From assembly GCF_009914755.1 (NCBI RefSeq), contig NC_060928.1: DNA of 64,000 nt; one strand, written 5' to 3'. Source of the stretch: the human T2T-CHM13v2.0 reference genome, Homo sapiens. A program made the position numbers and the translations under genes. This document shows positions 53,549-64,000 of the stretch, piece by piece. How positions within the stretch are numbered: position 1 is the stretch's first letter; each line of letters opens with the position of its first letter. Below the pieces are notes generated by a model that was not told where the DNA came from, ran no database searches, and saw only the letters and a list, made by a program, of their open reading frames with translations.

Positions 53549-56432
53549 TGACTCATTCTTTAACTATAACTTTAAAATACAGGTCTATGCACATCAAAGG
53601 CCATGGCCACTAAATTCAAGGGCTTACTGATGAAAGCAGATGAAAGCTAGGTAATATCTAGCTCATAGTATTTATAATGTACCATTTTTGTAAATACTTT
53701 TACCAAAATGAAAACTAAGAAATGTAATACTCAATAAGAACTTTAAATAAAATCTTCAATTCAATGTTTGATATTTATAAATGTAATTAAAATTTATTTT
53801 TTTCTTCTCTACTCAAATACCAGCTAACAGCCCTAAGCAAACTCAGACGGAGTACTGAATATAATCTTCTAACCTGACATTTTGGTCAGAATCAATCTAT
53901 TCATTTTTTTTCACAGTCCACCCAATCTGGATATATAAAGTGGTTGAACTTTATTGGAAGTAACAGAAAGCAAAATAGATCGAACTCAATGTTGTTAAAA
54001 ATGGAATATTTTAATATGTGAGTTTTGCCAGGATGTGATTTGAAACTGCTTTTATGCTAAATATAATTTGACAGAAATGACAGCATATGGACTTCCAGTT
54101 ATCATTTATTGTATAGTTCTTTGACTTCACTTTTTTGTATTCACTGAATATAAAAAATAAATTTGGTACTAAATACATTTCTTGAAATATCAATAGGGTT
54201 TGGCAGTGGCAGCATCACAAAACAGAATCATACATAGTATCTAAGGAGAACTCTGAAGCAAAACAAGCATCAACTGCGTAAACTAAACCCATCAGTTCAT
54301 TATGTACACATCTGCATACTGAATTCTAACCTGGTTATTCAAATGATCACCTCCAAAAGAACATTAGGGAATCAAGAATACCAGCTGATAGATTTTACTT
54401 CTGCTTATTAATGATGAGTCAACAAAAGCCAAGAGATTTGTAAACAATTTAGATCTTCAGAATAGAGTTAGGCAGATTATCTACCTGCTAACATATGTAT
54501 TCCTAAAAGTTAAAGAGCTTACTTGTAACAAATAAGTGGCATTTAAAACTCACTAAGTACCATTTGACTTCCAAATAAACATTAAATATGTAATTTTGAT
54601 GGCTAATAAAAATTTCTGAACTTCGTGATTCAAGCAAGAACTGAAATTGAATGTCATATTGTACTGAATGGAATTATATTGGTTGAATAGATTCCTGACA
54701 CAGTCTATAAATATTGTGCATCTTTTTTCATGAAAATATCATCATCTAATGCATAGTCAGCACATCCATGAGCAAAGAATTATATCTTTGAACTGAGTCT
54801 TATGTTTTAAAATGATCAATTTTTTAAGCAAGTAATTACTTTATTGTAGTTTTAAAAAATGTATCAAGACATCGATAACATTAAGGAATGTTAATAGTGT
54901 ATCTACGCTGAATTTCCTCATATACTCACACAAAAAGGGATTGTCCTCAAATGTAAAAATATATGCTAACAAAAAGTTATTACCATAGGTGATATCGCTT
55001 TACACGTTGAAAATAGTGAATTTATTTCATTGCCAAAATTGAGATGTGAATGCATGTAAATTTATATACACTAATTAAGCAACATAGTCTTATTCATAAA
55101 ACATATACTTAAATTATGTGCTCTATGTTAGTATATTGGGTGAGTACCATGCTGAAATCTTAGTAGCTTTTGCTTTCTGTCTCACAATTTTTTTTTTATT
55201 TATTCCAGAAGTAACACAGTTGGATGATATATCTGTATCTGGTTAGGAAAACGGGGCTTAAGTATTATGTGAATATGGTGCTTAATATAAGAATCTTTGT
55301 CCTATATTAAGACAGAGCTAGGGGAGCAAATACCTGAAAACCTATGGCTGTAGTACTGGGGAAAAAGCCAACCTGGCAGCAGCCTTTTAGTACTGAGGCA
55401 GAATAAGAAATTTTGCCGGAGAAGAATGCACGAAATGCTTGTACCATAATGATGTTGCAGAACTCTGTGAACCACCGTGATTGCAAAAAGTATTAGCTAG
55501 TGAAGAATCTGGAAGCTTGTTGCATTTAACCACTCTGGCCTCTGATAATAATGGGCTCTGATTTGCTGAGCTTCCCAAACTCATGAATATTCTTCCCTTT
55601 GACAAATTCAAACTTAAAAATGTACAAGGGAAAGGTTCTGGGAAACACAGTTTCTGATCTTAGAAGAGACAGGTGGTGATAATGCCAAGTTGACAATGAC
55701 CAATCCAGCACTTAATGAAACTCATAAAACAGGTTTTTATTTGGGGAGGTGGGTGGGGGAAGTAGAATTAAAGTTATATATTTTGTTCTTATTTTTATTT
55801 CTATTCCAATTATACCTAAATGACCATGTAAAATGTTTCTGTGAAAAAAAATGATAAACACCTATTTTCTGAGCCTGTGTTCCAGTAAGCAGAAAGAGTT
55901 TGGATTCCTGGTTATGAAACTGAGAAATATGTATGTAATGAAGGTTTAGAGATTGGGAAGTTCTACTTGTTAGCTGTTTATTCTTTACAAATCCATAGCT
56001 GTCAAAACCCAATGTGCTTTTCTAATCCTTCAATCCTTACGTGGCTACAAGTGTCTACACTTATGTGGTCAAGTGCAACAGGCTTCCAGATTATTCACTA
56101 GCTGCCACTTTGCAGCCATAGTGCTTCACAGAGTTATGCAACATCATTATGGTTGTACTTGAAGAAGCAGACTTGATGCATGTTAAGAACTCACAATATC
56201 TAGAAAATTGTATTGTTATGTATATAAATTTTTAAAGTTGTGTCTAGAAGGGTAGTACAGCATGTTATTTAGCAGTGTTTCTATTTGTATCAAGAAAACA
56301 AAAACCCTTGATTTGAATTTTACCCCTTCCATTATTATGTGACCCAAACAAAATACCAAATATCTTTAAGGCATCATTTCAAAAATATGGATAATAATAT
56401 TGTGGTCTACTCTTAAAAAAAAAAAGCTTTCT

Positions 56433-56773
<341 letters not shown>

Positions 56774-57771
56774 AAAAGCTTTCTGTGGCTACAACTCATT
56801 TTGGAAAAATTGGGGTCTCTTTACTCACTCTTCCCAGTGGGTACAAGAGTGAATTATTGGATTGATGAGTTGGGGAAAATAAAATGTAATGGTGAATATC
56901 ATTCCTCCCTTCTTCCTCTTGGGGACAGTGACCCCATGTAGAGAACGCTCCATCCAGGAGCTGTGAAGGTATTTCCAGTTGACTCTAGGGTTTATTGTCA
57001 ACAAGCCTAGTTTCTTCTCAGATCAAAATTTGTGTACTTCAATTTGGCCTCTTTTCAAGGTGATACTTTAGTAGTCCAACTTTGTATTTTTTTATTTTTA
57101 CTAATCAGCATGTACAGAATGTGGGAAGTAAGAGGAAAGTTATTGGGCCCTTTCAGAAACCCCAGTCTCCACTTTGTAGAATTGTATTAGCATTAAATAA
57201 AATAATTCAGTACCAGTGCATTTAATAAACTTCAATAAATATGTTGGCTACTGTTACTATACGTCATTCTGAAATTAAATATCCATAGGCTAGTTATTTG
57301 TGTTTTAGTTCATATAATATTCATAATATACATTACTTTTCCAAATGCTGCTATCCTAACATAGTTTTGATCAAATGTTAAAGACTTTTGTGGAAAAAGA
57401 GAATGAGAATTTGTACCAAAATATTTTGCTCTAATGATTTTTTAAGGAATAATATAATGTAGTGCAAAGATGTTGACCTAACTCATGGATACCTGGGGAT
57501 CTTCTACACCACCTCCCCTGCCTCAAACTGATTTGTAATGTTTGATATACTAAACACAGTAAGAAACTTGAGATTTTTCCCAGCAGAATGGAAACGTTTG
57601 TATTCTCTATTTTATAAAGATGCAAACATGTTGGCAATGTCTACCAGTATGGGGTCAATGAAATATCTTAGACTTTATTTCAATTAACTCTAATCAATTT
57701 AGCCCTTGCTTACTTTTTGAGTTCTTATGTTTTACAGAGATAGCTCAAGAACCTTCTTGGGTGACAGATGA

Positions 57772-58068
57772 TTTTTTTTTTTTTTTTGAGACGGAGTCTC
57801 GCTCTGTTGCCCAAGCTGCAGTGCAGTGGTGCGATCTCGGCTCACTGCAAGCTCCGCCTCCCTGGTTCCTGCCCTTCTCCTCCCTCAGCCTCTTGAGTAG
57901 CTGGGACTACAGGCACCCACCACCATGCCCGGCTAATTTTTTGTACTTTTAGTAGAGATGGAGTTTCACCGTGTTAGCCAGGGTGGTCTCGATCTCCTGA
58001 CCTTGTGATCCGCCTGCCTAGGCCTCCCAAAGTGCTGGGATTACAGGTGTGAGCCACCTCGCCTGGCC
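57772..58068 (-). mobile_element. AluY
   Basis: Reverse AluY (ctgcaagctccgcctccc, caccgtgttagccagg); 18 bp TSD gggtgacagatgattttt / gggtgaaagatgattttt. Confidence 0.95.
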
Positions 58069-58369
58069 GGGTGAAAGATGATTTTTACAATAGTGTGTTG
58101 TCTCCAAATCATGCTCTCAAGCTTTCTGTGTAAAGTTTTTGTTTCTCTTAATTGTGAATAAACATTTCCAAATTATATTTAAACCACTTATTTTTAATAA
58201 GAACTTATTTCTTTCGTCTTGATTGTGACAAATGCATGAATTATAATATTGATCATGTGAATTGATAGAATAAATTACTGTCAAGTAAAGATAATAGCAA
58301 TATTGCTGAGTGCTTACTATGTACCAGGCAGCCTTGTTATCAGTCCTACTTTAGAGATAAGAAAAGATG

Positions 58370-58530
58370 GGCCAAGTGTGTGGCTTATCCCTATAGTCCT
58401 AGCACTTTGGGAGACAAGGAGGAGGGATTGTTTGAGCTTGGGAGGTCAAGACTTCCATGAACCATGATTGCATCACTGCACTTCAGCTTGAGTGACAGAG
58501 AGAGACTCTACCTCAATGAAACAAACAAAG
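58370..58530 (+). mobile_element. Alu monomer (FRAM-like or collapsed AluJ) inside a MIR
   Basis: Single-arm Alu ggccaagtgtgtggc...agcactttgggag...attgcatcactgcacttcagcttgagtgacagag; MIR pieces at about 58290-58365 and 58735-58850. Confidence 0.8.
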
Positions 58531-58561
58531 AATAAAGTGGTGATGAAGAGAGACTCTATCT

Positions 58562-58599
58562 GAAAGAAAGAAAGAGAGAAAGAAAGAAGGAAGGAAGGA

Positions 58600-58655
<56 letters not shown>

Positions 58656-58730
58656 AAAAGAGAAAGAGAGAAGGATGGTGGGAGGGAAGGAAGGAAGGAA
58701 GAGAAAGAAATAAGGAAAGAAAGAGAAAGA
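58562..58730. repeat. (GAAA)n/(GGAA)n polypurine microsatellite
   Basis: Directly visible. Confidence 0.96.
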
Positions 58731-60929
58731 AATGGTGACACCAAATTGCTAAGTAATTGCACTAAGATTGCACAGCTATCTACTGTGGAACTGGGATTAG
58801 TGCTCAGAGATGACTGCAATAAGCATATACTCTTCATGATTATACCACACTGTCTTTTTTGACCTGTGTCTTCATATAACAGTGTTAAAAAGTTTGATTG
58901 TGTTTTCTTAAACACTTTAATTCTAAAAACCACATATTCTGCTTCTTTACCTTCTTTGAATGAAGCAGGCTAGAATATAGTGACAGTGTAGACTGAATAT
59001 ATAAAAAATATCTAATTCTGCTATGGAATGGGGGGGTGAAAACAAGGAGGATGTATGATACTAAGTGCAGAAGAAAATAGCTTGTGAGACATAGAAGTAA
59101 GTAGAGTACCTATGTGATGAATAGATAAAAATGGCGGAACAAATGAGAAAATTACTCATACATGGCAAAGAATGGAAGGACTGCGTATGCATCAAATATT
59201 CATGATTCACTAAATATGCATATGACGTATATGAGGCACTCAATATTTATTGCATTGAAAATCAACCACCTATTGGTGACATCCAATCTGGCCCCACAGA
59301 CCCTCTGTCCGAAAAGTACAAATAAAGTACATAGTTGCTTATTGGCCAGGCATCATTGCCCCTTCATCTTTCTAATAGAACAGGTGACCCGAAGTATTTC
59401 ACATCTATTAGGCAACTTTGCTCTCAGACCTTAATTCTGGTTCTTGTAACCATACCATCAATAGAGAAAGTTGATGTGGCTGAGTTAGATGGGAAAAAGA
59501 CAAAAAAGTGAACTAATTCAGACAGCTCATATGAGACTGTGTGACCCAATATTCAGGTGATGTGACCTTTCATCTGTTTGTAACCTATTCTTCCTGGGTT
59601 AATGTAATCTCTTTCCTCCACATCTCACTGTACAGTTTAGACTGATTTAATAAACTATGTGACTTGAACATCTTAAAAGAAAAAGAAGTGTCTTTAATTT
59701 CAAGTGCTGTTATTAGTCAAAATTAAACAACATATGTAATAATGCTATTAGCATAAGAATAGTAAATAATGTATGCATATGTTAGCAAACATTTTTTAGG
59801 AAGGTGAGTTTGATGTGAAAAGACAAGTTGGCTAATCAAATCTGACTCAAAGAAAATAATTATTCGTTATTAGAATGTCTGCAAGCTAAATAAAAATTGA
59901 AGAACTCCTCAAATTCATTAAAGAAGTTTGATTTAATTTGCATTTGAGTAAATATAAAACTTATCATCTGTTTGCTTCCAAAATTGTATTGTGTTGTGTT
60001 TTGAGAATGTGTACTTGACATTGGATAGACAAGCACAATTATAAAAGTTTCTGTGTATTTGGACCATTTTCACATTTTATTAGGTTTGGTATAAATTGTA
60101 AACTTGGCCTTAGAACACTCTTTCTAGAATTGACCTAAAATATTTAGTCCAAGAAAAAAGGCATATTTATAAAATCACCACTTTACACTGACATAGCAGA
60201 AAATAAGTTTCTAGTTTGCTTCTATTCCAGTGAAGGAAAAATTAAATATTTTCTTCTTTGCCATAGAGTAAAAATATAACTTAATACTTTTATGGAACAG
60301 ACTTGAGAACTTGAAGTATAAATCTGGGTCTACACTTTACCATACATTATCTTGTTCAATTTCAAGAAGAGTTACATAATGAAAAAAAATTGTTTTTGAT
60401 TTTCTAAAATGAAAACTGGTAACACTTTAAAGGATAGAACTTCCCTAAGGGAAATAAAATTGTTGGTTCATACTGAACATTTGCTCAGGTATTAAAACAC
60501 GGAAGCCAAATGTCCTATAAACGGCAAGGTGCCCTAATAACAATCCTGGAGGCTCAGAAAGATGTGTGTCTGGTAAATGAGGCAGAGGAACAATCTGGAC
60601 CAGTGACAGAAAAACTTACAAGAATAGTTCACCACCCGTTGTTTCTGTTGTTTAATGTCATTTCTAAGACTTCAAGGAAACTAGTCTAGTAAGTTCAGGC
60701 CACATTTCAATGTCATAACTGCCACGGATCTAAGAAGAACAAACTTACTTGTCAAGTTCAGAACGTGTTCATGTTACTGAAACAACATTGCAGCAATATT
60801 GCATTATGTTTGAGTTTGAGAGTTGAGAGGGGCAATTCACATAAGAAAAGAGAAAAGTATTTTCTAATAGAGACAGCACCACAGGAAGCTGTATCTGGAG
60901 TGGCATGGGAGTAATACTTCACTGAATGG

Positions 60930-60958
60930 CAACAAACAAACAAACAAACAAACAAACA
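60930..60958. repeat. (CAAA)n microsatellite
   Basis: caacaaacaaacaaacaaacaaacaaac. Confidence 0.9.
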
Positions 60959-61454
60959 CATAAACCTCAACAAACACCTGGCACATTGTGCTGTCGCTGA
61001 CGTGAAAACAGCACCCTAGAGAATGATCTTAGTATCATCTTTCCTATTAGAAGAATATTAACATTTATATGTCATTTATACATTAATTTTTGAATTCTCC
61101 TTTTTAATTTTTGAACTTCATAAATAAATTGAAATACACTCAGAATGGTTTGCTATTTCCACATAAAATTCAGAGAGTTTGGAATTATAGATTTCTGAGA
61201 TTTTTATCTGTTACCCTCTGATAAATAATTCAACTTGGGATTGAATTTTGTCTTAAACACTTGTTCTCTGTGAAGGCTGTTCAATCAACTAAGGGAATAT
61301 GTGAGCATCGTTCTTTGTTCCACACAACATTTTGAAAAGATAAATATTTTAGGCAAAAGCAGAGGTACGTTGCTCTAGGTCAGAGGTTCAGGAATTTAGA
61401 GTTGGAGATGGTAGCTTCAGATTGGGAAGATGAGAAAACTTCTGAAAGAGGTAA

Positions 61455-61580
61455 ACATTATGTGCTTATTTCACATTGCATGCCTGTATCAAAACATCTC
61501 ATGTACCCCATAAATATATATATACCTACTATATACCCACAAAAATTGTTTTTAAATATTAAAATGGTAAAAAATAAAAA
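61455..61580 (+). mobile_element. L1MA extreme 3' end fragment
   Basis: ttatttcacattgcatgcctgtatcaaaacatctcatgtaccccataaatatata. Confidence 0.85.
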
Positions 61581-63416
61581 AGTAGGTAAGTTGGAAAATT
61601 ATCACCTCTCAATTTGGGGCAATAATAGAAAATGGAGAAAGAAGAGCTCCAAAACTTCCTTTGATAAATGTGGTACATTAGCATTATTTGCTTAATATGT
61701 CCTTCCTGTTTAGTTCATCTAGAATACATTTTAGAGAACTGGCTGGTTCTGATAAACAGGAAGCTTAGGAATTAGCCAAGATAATTGCTCATGGCAGGAT
61801 ACTGCCAAGAGAAGGTGCCCTATATAGCGAAAGCAGACTTAGGTAATGGACAATAAAGTGAACTCTGGTAGAAAGGTAGAGGTGAGTTACTATCAAGCAG
61901 AGAAATTGTAATATCAATATATCTAATTTCAAAAAGCATATTAGTGCAAAAATTGGAGAATGCACAATGAAATTGGAATCATGGAGTATGAAGAATAACT
62001 GAAGCATATTGTTTTAGATATAAGGTAATAAAAGCTGAGAAAAGAATTCCTTCAGGAGTGGGATACCTCGTGCTGTATTGATTCAGAATTAAACAAGCAA
62101 ACAAAACATGGAAACATTAAAGGAAAATTCAAGATTCAATAAGAACTTGAGAATAAATAAAGTAAAATAACAATTATTTATTTCTCTCTTCCTTCAATTT
62201 TCCCTACATATTTTTTGATAGCTAAGCTAGTGGAAAAGTTAGATAGTAGTTATAGCAGGGGACAACAAGAAGACTTTACCTTGAGAAGTACCTGAAATTC
62301 TGGAGACACATTCTAAAATTACTAAAAATCAAGCAGGTGAAGGAATGGTACAGGCATACTTCTCCTTGCAGTTATAAAGAAGGAAAAGACCCAGAATGAA
62401 AGAATTAAAAAAAATTCTTAATTTATATTAGGAATATAAAATAACAACCTAGGCTTTATTGATTAAAAATTTGATCTAGAGTATCACATTAAAATGTAGA
62501 AACTTTTTATTTGGAGAAACAGAGGGTTTTTTAGTTCAAACTTTGTTGGAACAGTATAAAGGGTTATAGAAAAAGCAAATTGTTTCAGTAGTATTTATCA
62601 AATTTCTTATTTATAACTGAGTATCCAGAAATAAATAGATGAATAGGTGCTCAACAAGTATTATGCTAATCACAGCAACAAAATGCTAGAGCAACATAGA
62701 GAAAGGAGTAAGTAATTCTGTTGGGGTATTAAGGGATAGTATGGGCATAAATGATCTAATTAGAAGGCAAAATTTCCACCACGTGTTGTTATTGGAATAG
62801 GATTCTGCCTGATGGAGAACATGGTGTCTGTGTTGGTGTGTGTGTGTCTGTGCTAAAAGAGGGAAGATCAGAGAGGGAAGGAGGTCTGTTTCTTCTTTTC
62901 TTCAGAATTAATTGCTTGAATGAAGGAAAGCAAGAGAGTACAACTTGCTTAGTGTTCATCAGACACAGCTGTGAGGCTAATGGATAGGATTTCAGGGTAG
63001 AGGGAGTCAGGAGGTCATACTGAAAGAAGGAGAAATGTGATGAAAAATTAATATGTAATATGACAGAAAATGAAGGTGCAATATGATGTAATATGATAAA
63101 AAATAGTATGCATAAAATTGTAGGATGGTTGAGGAAGGCAAACTGGAAGGCAGGATGACTTGCCAAGAAGTAGGGAGGCATTTCAGTGACTGGAGTGTGG
63201 CTGAGGAGGAAGCTGAGCCTGCAGTGAAGAGCCAGAAAGATTGAAGGTCATGTGAGGTGGAGTCAGAAAGAAGGTAGATGGCCATGTGGGGAGCATAATC
63301 CATGCATGTGCATGTGTGTGTGTGTGCCTACATATGCTGTAGCTAAACTTGCAAAACTGAATGTGACTTGATCTCTTCTTCGAAAGATGGGATGAATCTT
63401 AGAATCTGAAACTTAC

Positions 63417-63534
63417 CTAGGGCAGAATCAAGTCAGCATGCATGGTACTAAATAATTAATCCCACAAAAGCAGACATATGAAGTCATCAGATACAATGTT
63501 GAATTTACCTGCTGAGATTAAATTGTGCTAACAT
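63417..63534 (-). other. Candidate non-coding exon (118 nt), minus strand
   Basis: Acceptor atgacccctctcgtctctcgtttcag| and donor TAG|gtaagt (alternative donor CAG|gtaaat after 26 nt); stops in all frames. Confidence 0.4.
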
Positions 63535-63621
63535 CTGAAACGAGAGACGAGAGGGGTCATGGTTCACTGGAGTTAGGGTTGGTTAGGATTTAAAGTGAAG
63601 TGTACTTTGAGTTTTGTTAAG

Positions 63622-64000
63622 GAATTTTATTTTTAATTTTTGTAGGTACATAGTAGATGTATATATTTATGGGGTACATGAGATGTTTTGATACAGGTAT
63701 GCAATGTGAAATAAGCACATCTTGGAGAATGGGGTATCCATCCCCTCAACCATTTATCCTTTGAGTTACAATCAATCCAGTCATGATCTTTAAGTTATTT
63801 AAAAATGTACAACTAAGTTATTATTGACTAATCACCTTGTTGTGCTATCAAATAGTAGGTCTTATTCATTTTTTTCTGTTTTTTTTTTTTGGTACCCATT
63901 AACCATTTTCACCTCTCCAAAACCCCTCACTACCCTTCCAAGCCTCTGATAACCATCCTTCTACTATTTATGTCCAGGAGTTCAATTGTTGTGCTTTTTA
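63622..64000 (-). mobile_element. L1MA (L1MA2/3-like) 3' end, runs off the window
   Basis: gtatatatttatggggtacatgagatgttttgatacaggtatgcaatgtgaaataagcacatc...ggggtatccatcccctcaa. Confidence 0.92.

Noticed and set aside
61455-63720. Inverted similarity between 61455-61560 and about 63640-63720
   Set aside because: Explained by two L1MA 3' ends in opposite orientation; no shared non-consensus junction seen.

Overview
AT-rich, CpG-depleted human genomic DNA. The primate Alu, L1PA and THE1 repeats and an AluYa5 with all five diagnostic substitutions point to Homo sapiens. It reads as intronic sequence plus 3' flank, dense in interspersed repeats: about 14 Alus, a complete two-LTR THE1 element, many MaLR/ERVL/ERV1 solo LTRs, L1, L2, MIR, MER20 and MADE1, plus microsatellites. 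Nearly all ORFs in the track are artefacts of repeats or low-complexity DNA. The only plausible coding segment is a short plus-strand terminal exon (36698-36816, ...TVKDNLKEALTKHKLLLREKESSPLLSHENSSSPFQLI*) of a gene I cannot name. A few other well-formed exon candidates occur on both strands. The most notable structure not explained by repeat annotation is a set of locally templated copy events: a ~550 bp inverted duplication carrying an L2/MER54 junction (21397-21944 vs 22960-23484), a ~250 bp dispersed direct duplication (9682-9933 vs 11260-11515), a 38 bp patchwork hairpin insertion inside an Alu (45573-45610) and a perfect 27 bp tandem duplication. I found no CRISPR array, operon, rRNA or tRNA, and no evidence for a new multi-gene system. 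Repeat subfamily calls come from recalled consensus sequences, and identity figures are by-eye estimates.
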